From a virus, in IMG/VR virus record IMGVR_UViG_3300045988_134226: a stretch of 60,175 bases of DNA, one strand, 5' to 3'. A program made the translations under genes and the position numbers. Under the pieces are notes generated by a model that was given only the letters and a program-made list of their open reading frames with translations, was not told the origin of the DNA and did no database searches. The number at the start of each line of letters is the position of its first letter. Positions within the stretch are counted from its first letter, which is position 1. Positions 34,176 to 42,569 of this stretch are shown here, piece by piece.

Positions 34176-34242
34176 TATACATCACCCCCTTTTATTATAC
34201 TACATTTCATTGTCAACATTATTAACTATGTTTCATAACGGC

Positions 34243-35742
34243 TCATTCTTCACCGTCGTTTTTCTTTTTATCGTCTTTGTTAGGGTCATTGCCCTTTGTA
34301 TCGTCGTCACCGTCTGTATCATCATCATTCGGTGTGTTGATAGGCAAGTTAGGATATAATTCAGCAACTTCCTCTTTCTCGTCTGCTATCATATCCATAA
34401 TTGCGTCAACATCATCAACACTTGACATTTGACTATATACCCAACGCTTCGGCAATCCTGCGCCTATCTGTGTTTGTGCCGCCTGTGCTTCGCTTAATGT
34501 ATCTAATGGGAAATTACGGACAAAATCAACACAACAATAAAGAGGGTCAACCTTAATACCTCTTTTAGCCCAACTTGAACATAGCACTTTCCACATATAC
34601 TGTTCAGCGTTCATCATATTAGCTTCAAAGGTTGCACACTTTGTTTCAAGTCCGTGTAACCTAAACTTTAATGCAACACCGCTCGCTGTTGAAAATACAT
34701 CATCATTCATATTAGGCGTTTTAGAAAATCTGTAAATATTATTTTCCAATCGCTCTAAATGATGTTCTGTAAAGGTATCGTTGATATTCTTAGTTACCCA
34801 CTTTACAGGGTCATTGTTTGTTTGCGCTCCTGTTGGTGGCACAATCAACATACCTGATTTCTGTGCTTTCTCTATTGTTTCATCATCAACATTAAGATTT
34901 GCTAACAACATAGCGTGTACGAATGCTTCAATCTCGTTTGAATTGTCACTCACATTCTTATCGTAATCATCAATAAGAGCAAGCACCTTTTCAGCGTCAC
35001 CCAAACACTCATTATTGTTTGCCACACCTTGAAGCGGACAATAGTCAAAGTCGTGCGTTGCTTTCTCAACAAGACTAAATGCTCCTATTTGTCCTTTGAA
35101 CACATAACGGTATTTTTCGTCGTAAAATTCAGCATTCCAATGTTCAACACCGTTTATATCTGTTGAGGGATAATATCTAACAGCATATTCAGGCTCGGAA
35201 ATATTTGTATCGGACAATGGTATTGTTTCAAAGCCGTGTATTGCCATTGCCTGCTCGTTACCCTCTTTGTCGTGGTAAAACAATCTGCCTGAATATCCAT
35301 ATATTGACGCATTTTTGGTAGTTTCCATATCAACGCCGTACATATTCGTTCTTGTTGTAAAGTCTGTTAAGGTTTTGCTTGCTTCCTTTACCGCTTTTTC
35401 GCCGCCTGTTACTTCCTCTACCTCGTCACCAACGCTATAACTGTATGTTGCAGGACTTCCTGCAAAGTAACCTACCTTAAAATCGACAATCTCACCGAAA
35501 AAGTCATTGTTGACCTTGTTATTTATCGGGTCTTTTTCTTCCTCGTACTTTGGTTGCCTGCCAAAGATAGGTACACCGCCTGCTATTGCTTCATAACGCT
35601 TATACAATGTCTTGTTATATAAAGCATTAGGCAAATGTTTATTTATAATCTTGTTGAGCAAGTCCTCTGTAATTCCGTTTTTGCGTATTTCCTCAATCTC
35701 TGCCGTAAATTTAGGAAATAACTCACTTTCCGTTCTTATCAT
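34243..35742 (-). CDS. Portal protein (SPP1 gp6-like)
   Basis: 499 aa with an acidic C-terminal tail. Position is after terL. Confidence 0.85.
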   Translation of the reverse strand: MIRTESELFPKFTAEIEEIRKNGITEDLLNKIINKHLPNALYNKTLYKRYEAIAGGVPIFGRQPKYEEEKDPINNKVNNDFFGEIVDFKVGYFAGSPATYSYSVGDEVEEVTGGEKAVKEASKTLTDFTTRTNMYGVDMETTKNASIYGYSGRLFYHDKEGNEQAMAIHGFETIPLSDTNISEPEYAVRYYPSTDINGVEHWNAEFYDEKYRYVFKGQIGAFSLVEKATHDFDYCPLQGVANNNECLGDAEKVLALIDDYDKNVSDNSNEIEAFVHAMLLANLNVDDETIEKAQKSGMLIVPPTGAQTNNDPVKWVTKNINDTFTEHHLERLENNIYRFSKTPNMNDDVFSTASGVALKFRLHGLETKCATFEANMMNAEQYMWKVLCSSWAKRGIKVDPLYCCVDFVRNFPLDTLSEAQAAQTQIGAGLPKRWVYSQMSSVDDVDAIMDMIADEKEEVAELYPNLPINTPNDDDTDGDDDTKGNDPNKDDKKKNDGEE

Positions 35743-35884
35743 AGGATTTCACCGCCTTTTTTCTTTTTGATTTATAGTTTACTATCTTTTTATCGAATAG
35801 TAGTTTGCCGTCATAGGTTGTTGTTAGTCCGCATTTCATACAAACACGAACATCATTTATCTTTTTCCATTCGTGCGAACACAC
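35723..35884 (-). CDS. Small zinc-ribbon-like protein
   Basis: 53 aa, below the track cutoff. GTG start overlaps the upstream TAG. Carries CSHEW..VCMKCG. Confidence 0.35.
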   Translation of the reverse strand: MCSHEWKKINDVRVCMKCGLTTTYDGKLLFDKKIVNYKSKRKKAVKSYDKNGK

Positions 35885-36228
35885 TATATACACCCTACCT
35901 CTTTAAACGCTTTGTATATTTTCGGTATTTGTATAGCAAGCCAATCAACCATTTCTTCATTCATTGCCCATTGCTCAACATCATTTGAATTAATCCACAA
36001 ACCGCTTTCATAAAAAAATGCGTGTATTATTTCGTGCCTTGTGACTTTCTGCTGATAAGATGTAAGGTCTTTTACATTTTCATCACTATCTTTAATTGTG
36101 CCTACATCTAATATTACAAGTTTCTTGATTGTTGTATCTGTGTAACCGTCTGCTTGCCTTAATCTCGGATAATCTTCTTCATTTCCGATTACAATTTCGT
36201 AATCAGTTCCTAATATATTTACTTTCAT
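35884..36228 (-). CDS. Small HExxH metallopeptidase-motif protein between terL and portal
   Basis: 114 aa with VTRHEIIHAFFYESG. Confidence 0.6.
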   Translation of the reverse strand: MKVNILGTDYEIVIGNEEDYPRLRQADGYTDTTIKKLVILDVGTIKDSDENVKDLTSYQQKVTRHEIIHAFFYESGLWINSNDVEQWAMNEEMVDWLAIQIPKIYKAFKEVGCI

Positions 36229-37455
36229 TTATAACCTCTTTCCTGCTCTTACCTCTGCCGACAAGATTTCATCATTCAATGCGTATCTTAAAGCGTCTAA
36301 CAAGTGGTTGTTTTCATCAACAGGCTTTGCCATTGCATTACCGTACTTATCCTCTTGCCAATGGTATTGCTCTATCTCGTTTTTGAAGTTTTGGCAACGA
36401 ATATCAATAATAATTTTGCAACCTTGTAACCACCTAATACCACGATTGATACTGTCAGCACCTTTAACCGCTCCGACTGCTCTTACATTGTTAGTTGCAA
36501 GGAAGTCAATCGTTTTCGGCTCTGCACTATCGCATACCAAATATTGATTGCCACAAAACCGCTTGCACACTCTCAATAATTCGTCGTCGGTCATTCCTGC
36601 TTGATACCATTCATCATATACATATATTCGCTTACGCTTTTTATCGTAATGCACTTTAATTAGTGCGTTTGGGTCACTTGAAAAACCAAAGTCACACCCA
36701 CAATGCACTCTATCAAACTGTGGTATAAGGTTGCTTATATCCTCAACACGCCAATTCTTAAAAATAACATTGCCGAGTATGCCCCAATTACCAAGCGAAT
36801 ACACATTATAGAAATATGGGTCTGTTTCGTCCTCTAATAACTTTCTGTCCTCGTCGGTCAAAAAGATATTATCTTTATATGTAGTCTTGACAATGAGTTT
36901 GTCCTCGTCCTCGTAAACGGTCTTGTTATCTTCCCATTTGCCGAAAAACTCTTTATATATCCAATGTGATTTTAAGATAGGGTTAAACGCCATAAAAATA
37001 TGCTTGCTGTGGCTACTTTTACCACGCAAACGCTTTTTTAACTGCATATATGCGTCACGCTTTATCTCTGTCGCCTCCTCAATAAATATTCGCTCTAATA
37101 CACCATTGGCAGGCGTAATAGACTTAACCTTTTCAACATCATCAAGACCGCAAAACATAATCTGCTTCTCGTTCAGCTTGCAAGTGATAAGCATATCGCT
37201 CTTATTGATTGAGAAGAATTGTTTAACGCCCATACTTGATATTGACTTTGTGATTTCATTGAATACACTTCGCTTAATCGTATTACCGACATTACGGCAA
37301 CAAAGCCAATTAACACCGTTAAGAACATCAAGCACTATCTTATCAGTGATAAAAAACGATTTACCGCTTGACGAGCCACCAAAGAATATTTGCAGGAATT
37401 GAGGTTTATTCATATAAGGGATATATGCAGGGTTTTCCTTTACCACAATATCCAT
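36229..37455 (-). CDS. terL: Terminase large subunit (PBSX/Terminase_3-like)
   Basis: 408 aa with Walker A FGGSSSGKSFF. The size and C-terminal nuclease-type region fit. Confidence 0.9.
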   Translation of the reverse strand: MDIVVKENPAYIPYMNKPQFLQIFFGGSSSGKSFFITDKIVLDVLNGVNWLCCRNVGNTIKRSVFNEITKSISSMGVKQFFSINKSDMLITCKLNEKQIMFCGLDDVEKVKSITPANGVLERIFIEEATEIKRDAYMQLKKRLRGKSSHSKHIFMAFNPILKSHWIYKEFFGKWEDNKTVYEDEDKLIVKTTYKDNIFLTDEDRKLLEDETDPYFYNVYSLGNWGILGNVIFKNWRVEDISNLIPQFDRVHCGCDFGFSSDPNALIKVHYDKKRKRIYVYDEWYQAGMTDDELLRVCKRFCGNQYLVCDSAEPKTIDFLATNNVRAVGAVKGADSINRGIRWLQGCKIIIDIRCQNFKNEIEQYHWQEDKYGNAMAKPVDENNHLLDALRYALNDEILSAEVRAGKRL

Positions 37456-38033
37456 TATTCCTCGTCCTCCATATCGTCAGGCGTTGCCGCCACAACAGTA
37501 ATGTTGATATTCGGGCTTTCCTGCGGTTTATCTTCGTCCGCTGTGAATTGAATATCTTTCAAGTCTTTCAATGCACTTGCTATCTGTTTTAGTCCTGCTC
37601 GGTCTATTCTGTCCTTTTTTGATACATTAAAGGTTTCTTTCTCTTGAAATGCGTCTTGTATTTCGCCTGTTTTTTTGTCTTTAACTTTGACAGGTGCTTT
37701 GACTTTTGTCTTTTCAAGGTATAAATCTAACTGCTCCGTTGCAAGTTCTATCTTTTCAAGCAATTTATCAGCCGCATTGGATATTTTTAATAATCTGTTT
37801 GCTTCTGCTTCTGCTAATTTTTCGGCACTTTTTTCATCCGTTTTTATACTGATTTTTTCCCGTTGCTCTTTACGCTTATTAAACCATTTTTCTTTTATTG
37901 CTCTATCTCGCAATGTTTGATACGGAATATTGTGTTTTTCAGCTAATTTTTGATAACTGATATTGCCGTTTATGTATTCGTTCCTTATCTTGTTCCAATT
38001 AGTAGCCAAATCACCACCTACTTTATGTTTCAT
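37455..38033 (-). CDS. terS: Terminase small subunit (putative)
   Basis: 192 aa with an N-terminal HTH-like region (ISYQKLAEKHNIPYQTLRDRA) and a coiled coil. Overlaps the terL start. Confidence 0.7.
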   Translation of the reverse strand: MKHKVGGDLATNWNKIRNEYINGNISYQKLAEKHNIPYQTLRDRAIKEKWFNKRKEQREKISIKTDEKSAEKLAEAEANRLLKISNAADKLLEKIELATEQLDLYLEKTKVKAPVKVKDKKTGEIQDAFQEKETFNVSKKDRIDRAGLKQIASALKDLKDIQFTADEDKPQESPNINITVVAATPDDMEDEE

Positions 38034-38061
38034 ATCCTTAAATTAGTTTCAAAGCGACACA

Positions 38062-38202
38062 TTACGCACCGCACTTTTTCAATAATCTGTTTAAGCCTTT
38101 GTTTGCTCCCTCAATATCCCTTGCTATCAGTTGTCCTTTGATAGTCCTGTATTGTTGCTTTGTAAGGTGCTTCTTGCTTTCTTTAAGCCGCTTCCACATC
38201 AT
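38062..38202 (-). CDS. Small basic protein
   Basis: 46 aa, below the track cutoff. The ATG has SD GAGGGTG inside the 3' end of the ParB-MTase gene. Confidence 0.4.
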   Translation of the reverse strand: MMWKRLKESKKHLTKQQYRTIKGQLIARDIEGANKGLNRLLKKCGA

Positions 38203-39544
38203 TATCACCCTCACTAAAACTATATTCGTATATGTCAAGGTCTTTCATTAACTCTTTTTCATTACCCTTAACGAATATCAACACATTTTGATGTGTTTTA
38301 ACAACCTTTCGCCCTGCTTCAAATTGCCTGCCTGCTCTCATAGCCCCTGTTGCAATTTGTTCAATCAAGATACATTCGTTGTAATATTTAAGCCCTGCGT
38401 CTTTGGCGGCTTGTATCGTGTCACCTACGAAATTATAATAATAGCCTTTCTTATCTCTCACATCACCAACAACGATAGCGGCAAAGGCATTGTCCTTTAA
38501 CTTTTCCGCCGCCTTGCTGATAATTTCTCTGTAAGCGGATAAAAATTCGTCATATGGCATATTGCTAATATCTCGTGGGTCGTCACTATACACCTCTAAA
38601 TCGGCATAAGGCGGACAAGTCAACATAAAGTCGTGCTTGCCTTTTACCAACAAATCAATATTGCAACTGTCGTCATTTATCCAATTCGGCATTTTTAAAT
38701 CATTGCCGTGCAGGTCTTGTCTGTCTGCTATTGCTTTGTAATTATTGATGTTTGCTTTTATCTGTTTTTCGCTTAAATCTATCCCTGTGTAGTCATTGCC
38801 TAACAACACGGATATAAGTCCTCGGACGCTTCCGCCTGCAAATGGGTCAAGCACTTTGCCACCTTTAGGGCAAAACCAATTTATCAGCGTTTCACATAAT
38901 ACAGGGTCAAATATGCTTGTTCCTGTCAGGTCCGCTCCTGTTTTCTCGGCAAGTTCTTTTAGTCCACTACCCAACAAGCATTCGTCCCTACCGTTATCGC
39001 TCTTAATTATCTGTTTCCATATCTTTTTTCGTTCCTGCCAATAGCCTTGTCTTGTATCAAGGATTGAAAACGGCGGCACAATAAACCGCTCTTGCAGTGT
39101 TTCTCTGTTTTCGTCGAGGTTATCCCCTAAATCGTCCTCGTTTTCATCTTCATTTAACAAACTTTCAATCTCAAATTCTTCAAAGCCTGTTAAATCAAGG
39201 TCAAAATCAAGTTCTTGTAATTCCTCTAATTCAATAGTCAACATTTCATTATCCCAAGAGGAATACTCTGCAACCTTATTGTCAGCAAGCCTAAAGGCTT
39301 TAATCTGTGCAGGCGTTAAATCGTCCGCTTTAATTGTTGGCACGCTGTCAATGCCGAGCCGTTTTGCCGCTTTGTATCTTGTATGCCCTGCTACAATCAC
39401 ATTATCTTTATCAATAATGAGCGGATTTTTAAAACCGTACTCTTTAATGCTTGCCGCTACACGCTCAACCGCTTCACCGTCATTATGTCGTGGATTGTTT
39501 GCATATGGAATAATATCATCAATACCTAAATACTCAATCTGCAT
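38183..39544 (-). CDS. ParB-like N-terminal domain fused to a SAM-dependent DNA methyltransferase
   Basis: ATG at 39544 has SD AGGAGTG. ParB motifs are NPRHNDGEAV..GFKNPLIID..VAGHTRY. MTase motif I is VLDPFAGGSVRG and motif IV is MLTCPPYADLE. Confidence 0.85.
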   Translation of the reverse strand: MQIEYLGIDDIIPYANNPRHNDGEAVERVAASIKEYGFKNPLIIDKDNVIVAGHTRYKAAKRLGIDSVPTIKADDLTPAQIKAFRLADNKVAEYSSWDNEMLTIELEELQELDFDLDLTGFEEFEIESLLNEDENEDDLGDNLDENRETLQERFIVPPFSILDTRQGYWQERKKIWKQIIKSDNGRDECLLGSGLKELAEKTGADLTGTSIFDPVLCETLINWFCPKGGKVLDPFAGGSVRGLISVLLGNDYTGIDLSEKQIKANINNYKAIADRQDLHGNDLKMPNWINDDSCNIDLLVKGKHDFMLTCPPYADLEVYSDDPRDISNMPYDEFLSAYREIISKAAEKLKDNAFAAIVVGDVRDKKGYYYNFVGDTIQAAKDAGLKYYNECILIEQIATGAMRAGRQFEAGRKVVKTHQNVLIFVKGNEKELMKDLDIYEYSFSEGDNDVEAA

Positions 39545-39607
39545 TAGCAACACTCCTAAATGTTATTAGAAGTTGTCACCTGCACCATTTACCCCTAAAT
39601 GTGAGCA

Positions 39608-39643
39608 TAGAAAAAGCCGTACCGTTAATACGATACGACTTTT
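39608..39643 (-). terminator. Intrinsic terminator in the leader of the packaging operon
   Basis: Minus-strand AAAAGUCGUAUCG-UAUUAA-CGGUACGGCUUUU (two G.U pairs) followed by UCUAUG. A small upstream hairpin GUGUAAA/UUUACAC lies at 39668-39687. Confidence 0.7.
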
Positions 39644-39693
39644 CCACAAAAGGTATAAATTTTAATGGTGTAAAGCTATTTTTACACAATAAT

Positions 39694-39722
39694 ATTATAC
39701 TACAATAATAACTTTTTTTCAA
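39694..39722 (-). promoter_or_regulatory. Near-consensus promoter P39
   Basis: On the minus strand: TTGAAA (39717-22), 17 nt, TATAAT (39694-99), then ATT. The -35 starts 6 nt after the stop of the regulator gene. Confidence 0.7.
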
Positions 39723-39728
39723 GTATTT

Positions 39729-40142
39729 TTATAATTTTGTGACATATTCACTTAAAACAGTATTTATTTTCCTGTAAACTCGGAATACTTTGTTTTCGTT
39801 CCAACTTAATTCCTTGCCTACACGCTTCCACGACAAGCCATAAAAAAACCTGTATTTAATCAAAAGTATTTCATTTTCTGTGAGGTTGCATTCTTTCATC
39901 ATTGTTACAATTTCTTGTCGGCAATGAAATTTTTGTTTTTCAATCTCGTAACGCTCATTTGTTAGTTTTTCCTTTTTTTCTACAAGCTTATCAACAATGC
40001 TTTCCGTTCCACCGTTTCCTTTTGGCATACCTGATAAGTCTTGCACTTTAGGGCTGTATAACAAAGCGTTAATTTCCTCTATCTTTTCATCAATAGATTT
40101 ACCTTTTATGTAAAGTTCTAAACAAACATCAAGTTCTTTCAC
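39729..40142 (-). CDS. RinA/ArpU/DUF1492-like late-gene transcriptional regulator (sigma region-4-like)
   Basis: 137 aa. GTG start with SD AGGAGGG. Contains ..SPKVQDLSGMPKGNGG.. and ..LIKYRFFYGLSWKRVGKEL... Lies immediately upstream of the packaging operon. Confidence 0.65.
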   Translation of the reverse strand: MKELDVCLELYIKGKSIDEKIEEINALLYSPKVQDLSGMPKGNGGTESIVDKLVEKKEKLTNERYEIEKQKFHCRQEIVTMMKECNLTENEILLIKYRFFYGLSWKRVGKELSWNENKVFRVYRKINTVLSEYVTKL

Positions 40143-40154
40143 GGCTTTGCCCTC

Positions 40155-40268
40155 CTACATTTGTTTAAATGCACAATAAATAACTGTGCCAACTACTAAG
40201 CCAATTATTATTGTTTCAATAACAAAAAGCGTCATTATCACGCCAAACAAAATAGGGTTAATAGTCAT
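40155..40268 (-). CDS. 37-aa hydrophobic mini-protein
   Basis: Encodes MTINPILFGVIMTLFVIETIIIGLVVGTVIYCAFKQM. SD GGTGAG. The TAATG start overlaps the upstream stop. Confidence 0.4.
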   Translation of the reverse strand: MTINPILFGVIMTLFVIETIIIGLVVGTVIYCAFKQM

Positions 40269-40543
40269 TACTTCTCACCTCTTTCCTTTTCTAATATCTG
40301 CATTAAGACATTTATTCGTCTTTCGTATGCTTCGCACTTTGCTTTATAAGCATTTTCCATTTCGGAACATTCTTTTTTCCAATCGTTGTTTAAGAGTGTG
40401 TAGTTTCTTAATAAGTTGTTGTAATCGTCTTTTGCTTCTTCTGTTGCTACCTTAAAGCCTGTGTTATATCCACTATTGTTAGCAACAATGATACAAACGA
40501 TATAGCCGATAAAAACAACTACACATAAAATTACAGTTTTCAT
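40268..40543 (-). CDS. Membrane-anchored coiled-coil protein
   Basis: 91 aa with an N-terminal TM helix (VILCVVVFIGYIVCIIVA). Confidence 0.6.
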   Translation of the reverse strand: MKTVILCVVVFIGYIVCIIVANNSGYNTGFKVATEEAKDDYNNLLRNYTLLNNDWKKECSEMENAYKAKCEAYERRINVLMQILEKERGEK

Positions 40544-40920
40544 TCTTCTACCTCAATTAGTTTTACAATTACATAATCTTTTGTGTCCTTAACAAAATCA
40601 TCTGTAAAGCCTTTGATATACTTTTGATTATCGTTTGGAATTATGTTTTCTTTCTGCAAAGCGTCAAGAATGAATTTCTTTGCACTTGCTATGTTGTCAC
40701 AATCCCTTTTTCGTGTCTTTTCGTGCCATTCAAAATGGACTGTACACGGCTTGCAAGTGGGCTGTATCATTTTTTTAATTTTTGCTGACTTAATCGCCCA
40801 TTGTATCAATTCTTCTGTTTCCTGCTTGAATTTATTGCCTGTATGTCTGTTGCTGTTTATCTTTGCAATATATTCGTTCAGCGAGGGCAACTTTGCGTTA
40901 ATCACAAAATAATACTGCAT
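40540..40920 (-). CDS. rusA: RusA-family Holliday junction resolvase
   Basis: 126 aa with LPSLNEY and RDCDNIASAKKFILDALQKENIIPNDNQ. Confidence 0.8.
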   Translation of the reverse strand: MQYYFVINAKLPSLNEYIAKINSNRHTGNKFKQETEELIQWAIKSAKIKKMIQPTCKPCTVHFEWHEKTRKRDCDNIASAKKFILDALQKENIIPNDNQKYIKGFTDDFVKDTKDYVIVKLIEVEE

Positions 40921-41106
40921 TTACTCATTATTCCCCTTTTTGTTTCGTTTTGACGCATTAGTTCGTTTAATAAGCCCTGCCCATTTAATTTTCGGTAGGT
41001 CGTTTATGTAGTTCTTTGCATAAGGACAACGATACACTGAACATACAGCCTTGCCCTCGCCACATTCAACACGCCAAATACAATGTTTTTTCTTGCATAC
41101 TATCAT
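40921..41106 (-). CDS. Small Cys-rich basic protein
   Basis: 61 aa with CKKKHC..C..C..C. Confidence 0.55.
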   Translation of the reverse strand: MIVCKKKHCIWRVECGEGKAVCSVYRCPYAKNYINDLPKIKWAGLIKRTNASKRNKKGNNE

Positions 41107-41110
41107 TTTT

Positions 41111-41320
41111 TTAGTCCTTTACTGTCACTTGCGATAAATCAACAATCATAATGCTGTTTGCATTTGTATCTTTGATTTCTGCTTGATAGAATATCTTTTT
41201 CGTTTCCTTGTTACGCCGTAAAATGCAACCTGTTAAATAGTAATCTGTTGCTTTGCTTTCTTTAGTCGGCTGATAAGTTACAAGTTTGTTTAAGTTCTTT
41301 TTGACCTCGGATATATCCAT
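41111..41320 (-). CDS. hypothetical protein
   Basis: 69 aa, packed in the operon. Confidence 0.55.
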   Translation of the reverse strand: MDISEVKKNLNKLVTYQPTKESKATDYYLTGCILRRNKETKKIFYQAEIKDTNANSIMIVDLSQVTVKD

Positions 41321-41730
41321 TATCGCCCTGTACTTCCAAAACCGTTGTTGCCACGCTCTGTTACTTTAAATTCATCAACAACATTGAGTTCGGGTATATC
41401 AATTTTCATAACTACAAGTTGAGTAATTTTGTCGCCCCTCTTAATCTCATAGTCCATATTAGAGTGATTATACAGTTTACAAACGATACTGCCGTTGTAA
41501 CCGACATCTATAACGCCCTCGCTTGTAATGCCGTACTTAACATTCAATCCGCTTTTTGATTTGAGGAAGCCTGCGGTATTTGGTGGCAACTCAATATGTA
41601 CGCCTGTATCAATGCTGATACTGCCCTTTGCAGGAACAACCGTATCAATCGGTGATAATAAATCAAGTCCTGCGTCTGTTGCGTGTCCTCTTTTCGGCAT
41701 TAAAGCCGTGCTGTCTAACATAATGTTCAT
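41320..41730 (-). CDS. dut: dUTP diphosphatase
   Basis: 136 aa with ATDAGLDL, GVIDVGYNG and RGNNGFGSTGR motifs. Confidence 0.9.
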   Translation of the reverse strand: MNIMLDSTALMPKRGHATDAGLDLLSPIDTVVPAKGSISIDTGVHIELPPNTAGFLKSKSGLNVKYGITSEGVIDVGYNGSIVCKLYNHSNMDYEIKRGDKITQLVVMKIDIPELNVVDEFKVTERGNNGFGSTGR

Positions 41731-41752
41731 ATTTTTTTACTCCTTTATTTCA

Positions 41753-41905
41753 TTAAAACGGTGCATAGCCGTTATTTCTTTTCCTCTCTTTACTTGATAA
41801 TTCATCAAGTAATATTCTTGCTTTTCTAAAGAGCGGTTTATGGTCTGTGAAAAATGTTATTTCGTAACCCTCTTTTGTTCGCTGTTCGCTGATTTTAACC
41901 GTCAT
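41753..41905 (-). CDS. Small basic protein
   Basis: 50 aa, below the track cutoff. The ATG has SD GGGAGCAGGAA. Confidence 0.45.
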   Translation of the reverse strand: MTVKISEQRTKEGYEITFFTDHKPLFRKARILLDELSSKERKRNNGYAPF

Positions 41906-42077
41906 TTCCTGCTCCCTTGCTCATATTCTCAATAGTTTCAATAATTTTATCTCTTACGGATTTTTTGGCTTTGTAAATTGCCGTGCAACTATCATCAAAA
42001 TATAGCAATTTGTATGCCTTGTCGTCCTCGGCTTGTTGCTCGTATATAGCACTAATTAAAACATTTTCGTCAATCAT
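41895..42077 (-). CDS. hypothetical protein
   Basis: 60 aa. The start overlaps the upstream stop. Confidence 0.5.
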   Translation of the reverse strand: MIDENVLISAIYEQQAEDDKAYKLLYFDDSCTAIYKAKKSVRDKIIETIENMSKGAGNDG

Positions 42078-42286
42078 TTTTCGTTATCTAACAAATAATC
42101 TATTGAAACATTTAATTGATTTGATAATTTTATAAGGTTTAGTGCCGAGGGAAACATACCACCGTTAAGCCAATTATAAAGTTGTGCGTGGTTCCATTCG
42201 TTAGCCAAGCAAAATTGATGTACATTTGGATATTGAGAAACAATTGTATTGTATAATCTCGTTGCAAATTCTCGTTCTGTAATCAT
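42074..42286 (-). CDS. HTH (XRE-like) DNA-binding protein
   Basis: 70 aa with ..LYNWLNGGMFPSALNLIKLSNQLNVSIDYLL. Confidence 0.6.
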   Translation of the reverse strand: MITEREFATRLYNTIVSQYPNVHQFCLANEWNHAQLYNWLNGGMFPSALNLIKLSNQLNVSIDYLLDNEK

Positions 42287-42292
42287 TTTTTT

Positions 42293-42550
42293 CTACCTCT
42301 TTCCTAAATCAAGTAACGCCTTTAACATCTTCATTCCCTCGTCAACGGTAAAGCCTGTTACCTTTTGTGATTGAAATTCTTTGAAACATTTTTCTTCAAG
42401 ATAACGCCATACATCAAACAATTCTTCCTTATTGATGTCGTACTTTTCTGCCGTTGTAAACAAGCCTTTCATAACGGTAAAAACATCAATTTTTAATTCT
42501 TTAGAAAGGCTTTTTCTCTGCTTTTCTGTTAATTCGTTTATGAATTTCAT
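42293..42550 (-). CDS. hypothetical protein
   Basis: 85 aa. Confidence 0.55.
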   Translation of the reverse strand: MKFINELTEKQRKSLSKELKIDVFTVMKGLFTTAEKYDINKEELFDVWRYLEEKCFKEFQSQKVTGFTVDEGMKMLKALLDLGKR

Positions 42551-42569
42551 TCCTCTACCTCACGCCTCT

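Noticed and set aside
34184-34212. TTGACA and TATAAT hexamers upstream of the MuF gene as a fifth consensus promoter
   Set aside because: The hexamers are only 11 nt apart, and the -10 lies about 9 nt from the SD. They are not compatible with a standard sigma-A promoter, though a non-canonical role cannot be excluded.
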